Positions 34,201-47,600 of a DNA stretch of 64,000 nt are shown here, piece after piece; position 1 is the stretch's first letter; each line of letters starts with the position of its first letter. This DNA is from Iphione sp. A-MEVVRFRX5 (lineage: Eukaryota), in the NCBI GenBank assembly GCA_976226885.1, contig OZ320318.1, positions 75,950,001 to 76,014,000 of the forward strand, in the 5' to 3' direction. Position numbers and translations under genes: made by a program. The notes under the pieces are model-generated. The model made no database searches. It saw only the letters and a list, made by a program, of their open reading frames with translations, and was not told the DNA's origin.

Positions 34201-35565
34201 ATCCACTGGAACGTCTTCTTTATTTCTTGGTGTGAGACCACAAGCACACACACACACATACATATATAGATACTCGTACGTATGTATATATAGCGGTAGA
34301 TAGATAACGGCTGCGTGTGGTGACCAGTGCTGACCACCCACTATGTTCAAAGCTGAGACGGTCCAACACAGTGCGACGTGCCAGGGGTGCGCCCAGCACT
34401 CCATGCCTGATAAAACGATGGGTGGATGATGATACGTAGGAGGATGAGACACGGGGAGAGAGAGAGGCAGAGTTGAGGGGTGGGGCCAAGGCTAACAGGT
34501 GCAATGCTGTCCTTCAAAGAAGAAGACCAGGAGAAGAAGAAGAATGTTCCTTTTTTTCCTTCTTTACTTCAGTACAGTGTGCTGCTGGCTGCAAACAGGA
34601 AGCTCGGACCCGGGACACACGGACCAGGAGTCGCCATGTTGTGGTGTGACCGGAGACTGAGTGGTGCACTGCTGAGAGGGCTCCAAACTCTGCTCATCCC
34701 CGCCCCCCCTTCCCCTCTCCTCCCATCCTTGATAGGTTCCAGTGACACATTGGGGGGGAGGGGGCATATCATATCCTCCTCTCAGCGCCAGTCAGTCGGC
34801 CGTTGTCATCCTGTCGTATTACACAAGCCAACCCTTGCCACAACAGAAACAAAGGTCGAATCAGACTGCACAGGGCGCCGATGTTGGACCTCGACTGGCT
34901 TGAATCACAAAGCAGGTGTGTTTCCAACCGACACGGGCGACGAGGAACTGCACTGCTGCCCGTCTGGCTGCCACTACTTCAGGCTGCAGAACAGGCGGGT
35001 CTGTTATAAACTGTTCGCTTTTCGCCTGGAACCAACCACTGGGAGGAGGGTAGAGGGGTGGGGTGGAAATGGTAGCCACCCCTCGCCCCCTCGACCCCCA
35101 CCCCCTTTCACAAGCCTTGTGGAAATCACGGGACAGCTACGACAACTCCCCCCTGGCGGGGGGGGCGCTGGATCCACGGTGTCATCTCCTCCTGTTGCAC
35201 TCAGCCTGTAAGCTATCCTTGCGCCACTGTATGCAACTCATACAGGACCCCCCCAGCCGGAAGGGGGCACAGCAGTGCCGGACGCGCCCCCCCCCCCCCC
35301 TCCCCACCTCTCTCTGGCGGACAGTCAGTGCCGGTGCGTATGTTTCGTAAGTCGGTCCAGGGCATGGTGTGCAGCAGTAGCAGCAGCGTGGCAACCTGGG
35401 CGGTGACGGCGGCGGTAGTGGTGCTGGTGGTGGTGGCAGTGGTGGTTGTGATGAAGGTGGCCGAGGTGATGATGTCTAAGACGATGATGATGGTGATGAT
35501 GACGATGGCGATGCTGCTGATGGTCGTTGCTATGAATGAGCTGCCTTGATGGGGTCTGCCGATGA

Positions 35566-35655
35566 TCAGTGTGGTGGTAGATGTCGTCCTAATCCCTCTC
35601 GTTCCAGAGCTAGCTGCCGCTGTAATGCCTCGTGTTGTGCTGCCTGCGCCGACAA
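35566..35655 (-). CDS. RERE: RERE terminal coding exon ([29 protein letters not shown])
   Basis: GACTTCAG|TTG ... TGA. Confidence 0.88.
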   Translation of the reverse strand: MSAQAAQHEALQRQLALEREGLGRHLPPH

Positions 35656-38600
35656 CTGAAGTCCAAGACGGTGTAGAAACACATTACCCACTTGCACGTG
35701 ACAAACTTCGGGAAAACAAACACTCACATCGTTTCCAATTGGTTTCAAAGTAACCAAGACTAGCAACTACTCCTGCTCAACAACCAGCAAAACAAAAATT
35801 CCTACCTACTGTGCGGAACATTCAGGCACGATATAGGAACACCTGTCAGGAAATTTCTACTTTTTCAAAGCCATGCTTTAAAAAAATTATCTTATTCACA
35901 TGGGGCACGACTGCACTCTGGCGCTAAAATTCCAGTGTGAGATCTAGAAGGCTGAGTAAAGGGTCTATAGTTAGCATGGGGTGTACAAAGGAGACTGTGC
36001 TAAAATTCCATAAGTGTTGGATGTACACGTAAGGTAGTGTTGTGGTGTAATTCTGTTCAGGTGGTATATGCAAGGAGGACTGTGCTAAAATTCTTCTCGA
36101 GTAGTAATGCAAATCGAGGACTGTGCTCAAAGATTACACTCCATTCCGGTGTGGGCTGTGTCTGAAAGCACAAGCGTACTTACCACTTGGTGGGCGAGAA
36201 CCGGGTCTGTGGAGTAGGGCGGCCGGCTGAGCAGGTCACGGTACATGAGCTCCTGCTCACGAGCAGCTGCCATCAACTGGTGGGCGCCGGCCGTGGGATG
36301 GCCGGGCGCCATGTGAGGAGACACGCCACCGGCGCCTGACGCCGCGGCAGCCGCTGCCAGAGGATCAGCTCCTGGAAGATCGACGGCAGGAGGGGAAAAG
36401 AAGGGAAGATCTGTATTAGTGTCAGAGTTCCTGTGGGACCTCACATGCAGCAGTACATCAGAGAATCAACAAGACGGCTGGTTATCTCAACTTCACAATG
36501 ATTTTAACTTGACTTCACTTGCGGCGAATAGCATTCTCATCCGCATACAGATTTGTCTTTTTGAAAATAAGGTAGACAGTTGATATACAAGTACATTTAC
36601 ATGTTATCACTCTTCAATAGATTACTTTGTCGAAAGTTTGATGTACAAATATGATCGCAAGGCTATCTGTAATTATCAATGACGAAAACTCTTTACAATT
36701 ACAAGTATAGGCAAAAAGAAGTACTATATGTATACAAACTATTTTATTACAAAAATAACTAGCTAGCTTCTTATTCTTTTACTCTGAGAAGAAAGTTTCC
36801 TACTGAGACAGGGCAACAAATCATCACAGATGCTGTCAGGCAGTGCCGTTCTGGGAAATGTTCTTTTTGGGATCTTCGCAATGCGAATGTTGAAATTCAC
36901 TCAGGTAGAAAGGGTGCCATTCTTGCCAAATGATGGCAGAGAGGAAGGGGGGCTGTTTAAAAATGTTTGTATGGAAAAAAGAGAGTGTGTCCAACTGTTA
37001 AAATATTACATCCTATAAAAAGGCGACGATTTTCTGTCGGCACGGGATAAGAGAGATATGTCTGGTAAGCAACACATGATGCAACTATACCCCATTTCCA
37101 CAGTGTATGAAGTTACATTTCAGGAGGCACAACGCTCTATATCCGTCTAATGACAGAGGAGGTATGTATAAAAAAATGTTTTCATTCGGAGATTTCCCTT
37201 TGTACAGAATTACACGGCATACAACAGCTGCAATGACTGGCCGTTAACATGGACACCATCAGTTACCATGACAACCATTTGCAAACAACATAAAAACCAA
37301 TGTGGCTCGACTGCCGGAGAGATATAGACATCTATATTCAGGGAGTCACGCTTGATATTTCTCTGAATTTTTAAATGTTCTTACGATCGATTTTGAAACA
37401 ATAGAACAACTGGGGACGAACCAGATTGTTGTTTCTTTTCTTTTTTTCTTTTCTACGTGATCAAGTTAATAGATACTGCAATGACATCGATAACAGAAAA
37501 ACCAAAAGGGATGCATATATTTACATAGACGACCACTGAGAAGTAGATAGAAAGTAATAACTAAAGGGCACCAGAAGCAAGAGTGGGGAAAAAAGTAACA
37601 AAATTCAAATTTTGACGAATAGAAAGGGGGCGGGGGAGAGAGATGACATGACGCAGACGGAGACATAAAAGAAAGTAGAAGGAAAGAAGACATATATAAA
37701 AAGGGCTGAGCTAGCACACTCCCTGCCTCCAAAGGTCTTTTGGTAGCAGGGCCGCCGGTACAAGAGAGTATGCGGAGGTAGGAACGGTGATGCACTTACG
37801 AGAAAAATGATACACCAAATGCGTAGCCTCAACGGGTCGGGCGTCATGCTCAGACTTTGACGAGGACATGGGGTATAGTGAATTCATGTGTCTTTGTATC
37901 ACAGGATCGTATGCCTGTCTTTGGTAATACTCGTATAGCATCAGGTTGCGGGCGGCCACATTGGGCCCGTTGGAGGGAGGGTGGTGTGCCTGCAGCGCAT
38001 CTGCAACAACAAAGCGCACGGCAAGACGTTATTGACGGCTGCCTGTCTAGGGATAGGGGGGGCTTCGTCGTCCCCCCCTCTGGGGGCTGGAGGGGCTCGC
38101 TTACCTGGCAGCAGATGTGACGGCAGCGGGTGGTGGTGGGGTGGGAACAGAGAGGGGTTGCTCGAAGGGACGAGCCCGTGGGCATGCGGTGGCGGTGGCG
38201 GTGGTGGTGGCGGCGGCGGCGGCGGAGGGTGCGGGGTGTGCGGCGGACGGGGCGGGCCCCCGCCCAACACCGACAGAGCCGCCTGGTGGTCGGGGTGGAG
38301 ATGGAGGTGCGTGTGGGAGTGCGCGTGCGTATGCGTATGCGCGTGGGTGGGGCCCAGGCCGCTGGACGAGCTACCGCCGCTTGCAGCGGGGTTACCGGCG
38401 CCGACCAGCCCAGCGCCGGCCATCTGAAGTCGGAGCATAGGGTCACTGGCCGCCAGCGACATGTGCCGCTCGGCGGCAGCCAGCCGCTCCGCCGCCGCCA
38501 GCCGCTCGACCGACGAGGCGGCGTGGTCGAAGTGTGGTCCGGGCGGCACCAAGCCTGAAAGAGAACGATGAGGCACGGCCAACGTGCACACAGGTTACGG

Positions 38601-41600
38601 TGGTCGGACGACGACGACGAGGAGGACGGAGCTCTGACAGCAGGCTAACATGAGCTGCTCTATGTATGTCATCTCTGAGCTACTCATACTGACTTCCTAC
38701 CTACAGTAACAAGCTGCCATCCTGATGCACTGCTTTATCTATGTGTGTTACTTGTGGTATGTTCAACTTATAGTGACCTACTAGCTCTCTATCTACAGCC
38801 CTAGGGCTCCCACCTACAAGAAGGCATAAAAAAAAAACGTTTCGTCTTGGTGTGTTACATGTGGTATGAGCTACTAATGGTATGATAAACACACCTCAAA
38901 ATGGTTTGGACAACTTTCACCAGAAGGGTGAACTACTGCTCATACCTACTCTTATTTTGGCATTAGGCATTCCCGCCTACTACTTCCTATATTGGCATTA
39001 AACATCCCCCCTCCACTACTTCCCATACATGTACATGTATATCTCTTTTAAGTGTTTCTGAGAACTGGCGAGGGATCTACATGTACTGGATAAAGCCTGT
39101 CTGCTGGAGGTTGTTACCTGTAATACTAACTGAACTGTTACCCTTGATCATTCACCTGTCACCTCCTGGTGATTCATGGTCTAATGCACACAGTCATGCC
39201 TCAGTGCAACAATCAACGTCGGTTTCTTATGACTTCATCAGGGCAGAACTGACTCATCTTAAGATAACTTAAAAAGTCGTTTCCTACCAAAATACTCCGT
39301 GTAATCAGATACATCATGGAAAGAAGTATTCAACAACAGGGGCATGACTAAACATACACATAATACCTAGTGGGACACCGTGTAGTTGTTTCTATGTCCT
39401 TAACATGGCCACAATAAACACGAACAATTTGGTTTGACTGAAATGCAAAATTCAATGAAAGAGGCAATTCACAACACAAATTTATCATCATTAACAATAC
39501 TGAACAGTAGAGAATGCTTATGAACACTGCTTATTGGCTGCAACAAAGGTATTTTATATGATTTATTCTTACAAATATGTCAGTAAGAGCATATTACTGA
39601 CCGTCTATTCTTTAAGTAAGGAATCGCTAACTCATTGGATCACTTCTCTATATTATATTAACGGATGATATGGTCCAGACAGTTCGCATGAAACTCGCAT
39701 GGAAAACTCTTTCGTTTTACTAATTTCCATATACTCCGTGAGGCAAACGTCGACGTATCTGCACTTGTTAATACAGAAATGAGAGCTTACCAAGTCTTTC
39801 AAGGCGTTCCCTCTCTCGTTGGAGGAGGTCGTTGGCCAGGCTGGCCGGCGGGTACACTCCGGGCAGGTGACCAGGAGGCGGGTTAGCACCAGGGGCACCA
39901 GGATGGACCGCTCCGCTGAAGCGTCTTTGGATCTCAAGCCAGTGTGGGTCTAAGGGGTTGGCTCCAGGAGGAAGCCGGTCGAATCCTGCGTGTTTAAGTA
40001 AGTTCACATTGTGAAAGCCATCTACTTCTCCATGTTATCAATTGTTCTAAACATCCGCCCAGAAAAAATACAAATACATGTACATGTATACTGTTTATTC
40101 CCCCAAAAGGAACTGTCTAAAAAAAAACACAACGCTTGTTTCATTTCATTAAAATAAAGGTTCAATGTTCGCTTTTACCCTATTCTGCATCGATAACCAG
40201 GTACTCTTTATAGCTGTGATTTTGAGACTCTCACATGTACAGATCACACCTGCAAGAGAGAGTGCGAGTGTGTATACGTGTATGTTTATGTCTGTTACGG
40301 AAACGGTCTCCGTTCTCACCCGGTGGCTTCATCTCCAGCTCCTGTTTCATCTTCTCCCTGAACTCCATGTCCCGCAGCTCCCTCTCTCGGAGGTCCCTCT
40401 CGCGGGCGTCCCGCTCTTGTTTGTCTCGTTGCAGTTCGAGTTCCAGTCTAATGGAGATAGTACGGGAGAGATGAGTAATAGGGTGAGTTAGTGAGTGGCG
40501 AGGGGTGATGTGCTCGTCCTACTTTCACATGCACATATGGAAGGTCTATCTGTGAAGAGTATATTTACTTAGCGGTACTATTACTACACAACTTCGTTTT
40601 TCATAAAAAAAAGTCTTCCATTATGAAGATTTATGTTAAGTCTACACAATGTGGTATTTGACATAAGTGTTCTTCTCTGCCGTTCAGTCTCAATCGTTGA
40701 CTCACCGTCACTGAGGATGAGACAGATGAGGAGGAGTTAAAAGATCAGACTGCATTACCAAACAGATTGAGCCACGCAAGAAATACTCATTGAAATGACG
40801 GCAATGACGGGAGTGGTCTTAGAGCGTAGAATGACGTACCGTTCCCGGGAACCCGGCGGGTACATGGACGCCATCCGGTAGTGCATCATGGGATCGACGG
40901 GCGCGTGGACGCCGTAGGATAACGAGCGCGCAGGATCCTGGCCACCCTGACCTGGTGGTGGCGAGAGTAACGAACGGTCAGTCCAGATACACCCTCCCAC
41001 CCACCCCTTCACAGGGGGAGGTCACGTCACCCGACATATATATACACACATAAGCAGGGTTAGCGCGTAAATATAAACATACAGTCATAAAGCGAGTGAT
41101 GAAGCTGCTACAGTACAATGCTACACGGGACGTCGTCACAACTGGGGACGAAATGTCTGATGTCATGGGTACCAGCTGATCATACCGGTTTCGGTTCTTG
41201 CCATAACACGGCAGTTGACTTTTGTCGGGCGGAAAACGTGACGACTCTTGATTAGGACGGTGAATGATGCCCAACTGTCAATGCATCTCTGGTTCTCTAT
41301 GTGTATGGTTTATGTGCTGTCAATAACCTATACCATTTCAGCAGGCGCACTGTCAGTTCCTTCTTCTATCACTGTCAGTTCCTTCTTCTACCACTGTCAG
41401 TTCCTTCTTCTATGTACCACCAATGACCCGCAAACCCATACATGCAGAGAACCATGGATAAACTGACAGTAGGTCTATAGGTGGGGATGCCTATCGGTGT
41501 TGTCAGAAAAAGTAAAGGCCCATACAACTGGCAAAACGCACTGGACAACAATTGAAAGCAACAAACAGGCGGTGTATCAAGGGTGAGACAGAGACAGAGA

Positions 41601-44600
41601 GGGAGACGTGTACATGCATATGTATACATGTATGTGGTAGGGAAAGGGCAGGCAAATCAACAGGTTCCCAGTTTGAACTTCTAATAATTCTGGCCACACA
41701 GGAGAATCAATGCATACCACGTTGCATTTCAATTCAAATGTAAATGAGTAACATTTGTTGATGAAGTTAAACGTTTACTGTTTAGCCTAAAGATGTCAGA
41801 TGCTTTACGATAGGATCAGCTCATTATTTGCCCCCAGAGCCACCTGTTATTTCCAAAAGAAACCAACGTCGCTAGTGCCAAGGGCGAACAAGTTGAGGTT
41901 GTTCTATCGGAGCGGGAAAAAAAAAGACAAGTGCCGCCACTTAGCAACAAGACGGAGACTTCACTTGTAAGTAGCAAATCTAAATTATTATTATTATTAT
42001 TAACGGTGGCATTTACCTGGGTGCTGCATACGTGGACAGCGGTCTGTAACAAGTAAAGGGAGGACTGTCAGACCTCGGTAACCCAAACCCGACACAGCAA
42101 ACACAACGGAAATGGCCCCGTCCCACATACAAATACGATCCAAAGTGTACCAGAGCGAGGGCCAGACATGACTGGCCAAGTCTACTCAAGAGTTCAGGGG
42201 ATGTAACACAACGGCAAGACACCTCGGTTTCTCGTAGTAATGTTTCCTTATTGAAATCATCGGGTGATGGCTCAGGCAGAAATGTGTGCACCAGAAAGGT
42301 CGGTGTCTTGCAAAACACCTGCAATTTGTTTAGAAATCACTGTCTGTCAGTTTGAGAGAATTTACAGGAGGAATCATTGCCAATCCCAGCTTAAATTCTC
42401 CCCTGGATTACGTCGAGGGCTGCACTATCCAGGGTCGGACCGCTTTGCATCATGCACCAGAGCGATACCCACGTAAGGCAGGCCGTCTCTTAATCAAGAG
42501 GGTTTTAAGGAAGGAGAGCTTCAATTTCGCCACGTTAAATATAAAATGACACAGATTTTAACGTTCAGCCAAACCCACACTGAGAGGGCACTTGCAACTC
42601 ATTCCCCTGAATGTAGCATCCCCAAGTGCTTCTGATGGGCTGGACGATGGAGGGAGGGAGGGGACGGGGCGAGGGGGGCGGGGAGGGGCGATGTTGTATA
42701 TCTATCTGGATGTACAGCACGCAGAGGGGAGTTTCACTGTACGGCTAGACATGCACTCAGCGATACACGTACGGAACTATACCAGGGGATATCGGCGGAG
42801 GGGAGGAGGAGGAGGAGAAGGAGGATACGAAAAACACAAACAATGAACAAGTCTGCGATTTAAAGCTATTACTCATCGTCACATATCGACTTACGTAAAG
42901 TACATTAGATACCTATGAGTGAGTTACCTTAGGCTCGAATGACACGAATCTCACTGTTGGGATATACCAAAGGGATATGGCGAGGAGGGTATGGGGGAGC
43001 CGGGGGTGGGAGGTGGGGGCGGTTGACTGTGAAGCTGGGAGTGTGCTCAGTGTTGTGGGGAGCTTGGATGTGTTGGGATGGCAGAATGTGACTGATGATG
43101 ATAAACGTACCCATCGTGTGAGGTCGGGCGTACTCGGACAGCTGGCGCAGGGCGGGCGTCGGGTCGTGCTGCGGCGGGTAGGGCCCTGGCGGCCGGCCGG
43201 GCGTCATCTGCTCGCCCGGGTACAGCCCCGGCAGTTGAGAGGCCATCAGCGTGGACGTCACCTGGGCGTCGGCACTTGGGTTCAAAGGCGGCGTCTCCGG
43301 ACGCTTCTGTGGTGAGAGAAAGTACAATAAAAAAAAAGTTAGTTAAAGATCTGTGTGAACTCCAGTCGCTGTATCATACACTACTTTTCGAGCGTATCAG
43401 AGAAATACCATGCTCATTAAGCGTAAATTTCCGTGTGTGCGTATTTGCTATCCATTTTCTGTTAAAACAACACGGACACCGTTATTTCTTTGATTGGAGC
43501 ATGTCACAAAGAAATGTGGCCTCCGAGTTGATTCAAGAAAAACGTACAGCAACCCCAGGATCGGGGAATTGCCATATATTTCATTCATAATACTGTATTT
43601 AAGTGTACGTGGAATCAGTGGCAGGCACACGTGCCCAAAAATATTCCAGTCTAACGTATACATGCACGGGAGGCATTCAGCACAGAAGACCAAATAATGG
43701 TTGAATCAACAAATAATGCGCATCCATTCATCGAAATGACTGCATATACAACAGCTCAGTATATCAGCTTAGACAAATCTCCCTTTACCAAGCCATGACC
43801 CTCCTCCACCGAACAATTTGTGTCTGTGCTTGACTGAGCTCCCCCTGGTGGCTTCTTCTCGAGTCACCAATATTCCCTCACTCATCTACATCAGGACCGT
43901 TTTAACCCCTCTAGACTGGGTTTACCCCCTGGCCTTTGTACGTGTACGATGATACACTTCAGGCGATCAATACTTCTACACTGACTGAACTAATATGGTT
44001 GGGCAAAGTACCGTGTCTTGTGAGACCATCGCACTCTACTAAGCCATATGTTGTCCGAAAATCTACTCCCACCGATCTGTCGGAAACTAAACCTGTCAGT
44101 AGACTTGCCTCTTTCAACCAATCTTCATCTTGTCACACACAGACAAACACAGATACAAACACACAGGAAAGTTAAGGCCGCGTCTCCCAGGAGACCCCAT
44201 TCTCTTGTTTGTAGCAACCCTAACCCCTCCCAGTCACCCGCGCTTCGCCTCAATCCTAACCCTTTCAGTCCCCCGATCACGCGCGCTTCTCCTCAAACTA
44301 ACCCCTTTCAGCCGGGGGGTTGATGGAGAGTAAGGTGCCGCTTATAACTCATAAACCTTTTGTCAGCTGCCAGTCAGCCGGCGGCGGCCCCGCCCCTTAT
44401 TGAACCAGCGGTGGCTTCTATTGACCTCCGACACGCCCCCGCATTGACCGCCTGACCGGAAGATGGCGCCAGGCCTCTGATTAAGGGTCGGCGCCAGGGC
44501 GAGGCGAGCCTTGTGATTTGTCACACATGGAGCCGTGAAAGTACAGGCTAAACAACAGGGGGCGGCGGTCGACCGGCCGCGCAAGGATCACACTCCGCGT

Positions 44601-47600
44601 CCCCGATCAATGGGCAGGCGAGGAGGCTCTGCCAGGAGAGGAGAGGACAGGAAGGTGAAGGAGGAGGAGGAGATAGGCAGACTCCCAAAGAGGCTGCTCT
44701 TTATGGAGGGCCAGCCGTGATGATTCATGTGGTTGAAAAGGTGGCGCTAGTGACTCTTTGTATGCAATGCGTGTCCTGACACTACCCTACTCCTCGCTGA
44801 GTTCCTAATATACGCCCCGCTCCGTTGGGCGGCTGTGTGCGGGAAGCGCAATTCGACGTTGCTACACTCTTCACGTCGTGAGCCCTGCCCCCCGGCCGCC
44901 GTCCTCTCTCGCCAGCCTCCATGACTGCACGGTCCATGACTGCGGGAACAGCTACGTGAAGGCCATGCGCTTCATCAACGAGCTGCTCCTCCCGGCCCTG
45001 GCCTTCGCCGCCAGCCCGCGTTCCCCCCCCCCCCCCGGGTCCTAAATGTTCCAGCAGCCCCCGTCAACACCGGCGAGAGCTTCTCGCTTCCATGACAACG
45101 GACGCTGATTGGGCGTCACGGAGGGCGTCACCAATGGGCACCAATCTGCTTCGACAAGCAAGCCGATTCAACGGTCGTTGCCCAGAGCAGCCGCCGCTCA
45201 GTGCCACACGGGGTCGCTAACAGGGCCATGCGTCACCTAGCGGGCGGGGGGCAAATCAGAACCGACGGGTAGCTCAAGTATACGGTGGTCACCACTTGGT
45301 GGTGCGAAGAGTGTGGGTGGTGGACAGTTCAGATTCAATGCAATACATCACCTATCACCATGACCTTCCTACCAGTCCCTCCGTTCAATTGATTTTTTCT
45401 AACTGTTAACTGCCAAGTCTGTCAGTCACCATCCGTGCACTACTTCTATCCTCGTCCTTCCTGTCATGTCAAGTTTGTCTATCTGACTTTGGTGCTCTGC
45501 TTCTGTCCCTGTTTATCTACTGTCTTCCATCTAGTCTGTCTGTCAATCAGCCCAGCTTTGCTTCTGTCCCTCTTTATTTACTCTCTTCCATCCAGTCTGT
45601 CTGTCAGTCAGCCCAGCTTTGCTTCTGTCCCTGTTTATTTGCTGTTTTGCATCTAGTCTGTCTGTCAGCCAGCAGAGCTTTGCTTCTGTCCCTGTTTATT
45701 TGCTGTCTTTCATCTAGTCTGTCTGTCAATCAGCCCAGCTTTGCTTCTGTCCCTCTTTATTTACTCTCTTCCATCCAGTCTGTCTGTCAGTCAGCCCAGC
45801 TTTGCTTCTGTCCCTGTTTATTTGCTGTTTTGCATCTAGTCTGTCTGTCAGCCAGCAGAGCTTTGCTTCTGTCCCTGTTTATTTGCTGTTTTGCATCTAG
45901 TCTGTCTGTCAGTCAGCCCAGCTTTGCTTCTGTCCCTGTTTATTTGCTGTTTTGCATCTAGTCTGTCTGTCAGCCAGCACAGCTTTGCTTCTGTCCCTCT
46001 TTATTTACTGACATCCATCCGGTTTGTGTGTCAGTCAGCTCCAGCTCTGCCCCTGGTCCTCTTTTTTTAATTGTCATCTATCCAATCTGTCCGTCAGTCA
46101 GCCCAGCTCTTTCTCTCTACGTCTACTGCTCACCCTCCCTAAACGAGCAGCTCCCGACAGGTCTATTGATCTGCTCGCTGTTAGTGCTGGTCGCGACCGC
46201 TAGAGGCGCTGATCGTCCCCCATATGCAAGCAGTGTTAGAGGAGTGTATGAGAAGAGAGGAGGGCAGTATAGGAAACCACGAGTTAGATAAGTAGACGCC
46301 CTGAACACGTCTACCCTTACAGGGTACTACTATTAAGAGGCCTCTGTCAACGTTTCTGTCCTACGATTTTAAGAGGCCTATTAAGAGCAGTGTAATACAG
46401 CGGGGCCGTTACTGGGAACAGCGTCCACGTGGTCCCTGTGCGGGACGCGTTTATGGTAATGTTCCTGCTTATACCGCTGAATTATGAAGATGATGTGTTG
46501 GCGTTTAGTGCCAGTCTGTTCCCAAGTCTCGTCAGCGACTCGTCAGGGACTGGGCAATGTGTCCCTTGGGCTAGCATCACACGTCCAACATGTTATACGT
46601 GGACTCAGGCGTGTGATGTCTACAGACCTGGTAATGCTTCCTCCCCTCCCCACTCCCCAAGGATTACCCTCGTGGGTTATGATATAGATATGACAGTGTC
46701 TCCCCAGAGCATACGGGGCAGGCATCAAAATGATTCTCCTAGGCCTTTTAGTGATATCCTCCGCGTTTTACAGAAATACTGGCTGCACATGGAGAAAAAC
46801 AACAAGCAAAATCTGCAGCTCGAATAGTGGAGACGAGGACACAAATTTGTTAAACACTGACATGTCTCTGAGTCGGAGAAATATGAAACGAGAAATGTGT
46901 CGGCCACCTGGGGAGAATTGAACCACCACAAAAAGTGGACCACTGGTCGGTGAGGTAGTATTAAGTTGGCCCCCTAAACATGCATACACGTGTCAAGAGA
47001 GCTTTATGGGTTTGTTTTGACATCACACGTACATAACGAATTTACACTGAGGACAGTCATGGGAATCTGACCTCTTGTACAATGTCCATTCCTTTCGAGA
47101 GTGACTGGTGCAGGTTTCCACAGTTGCCTGGGGGAAGGGCCAGCAGGTGTAGCAACTCGGAATGTACAGTGAGCAGCTCCATATTAGATATATGCATTTA
47201 GTTCCCATGTCTTTGTAAACGTCTTCGGATACATTTCAGAACTGCTGACCTTGTTGTTATCATTATATCGATGTGGAAATCCTAGGCCACTGATGGGTCA
47301 AAATAGTAGACGACGGAGAAGAAAAGTGCTGCCTCAGTCTACTGACTATTCGTCAATCACATCATTTGACAGCGAATCATTAAAAAAATTGATTGGCGCA
47401 GCTCATATTCCTTCGTTACCTGCATTGGTATATCACAGCTAAATAGTCCCATTGCATTGAGATGCAAAAAGAAAGAAATACAATGCATGCTAATACTTGA
47501 TGAGTAAACAAGCCTATAAACTTGCATTTCAAGTGGGGTGTATCATAATGATCAATGCTGTACTAGCATTTACCACTAGAGAAATGAGAGCAACTCTGTT

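Noticed and set aside
34480-35211. 243-aa + strand ORF
   Set aside because: GC-rich antisense of the RERE 3' UTR, with no domain-like content.
45470-46115. CRISPR-like array (also considered for the 82-, 84- and 87-bp repeats)
   Set aside because: Units are contiguous with no unique spacers, there are no cas genes, and the context is eukaryotic intron.
46429-46827. 132-aa + strand ORF in a RERE intron
   Set aside because: No codon bias, splice context or recognisable motif.
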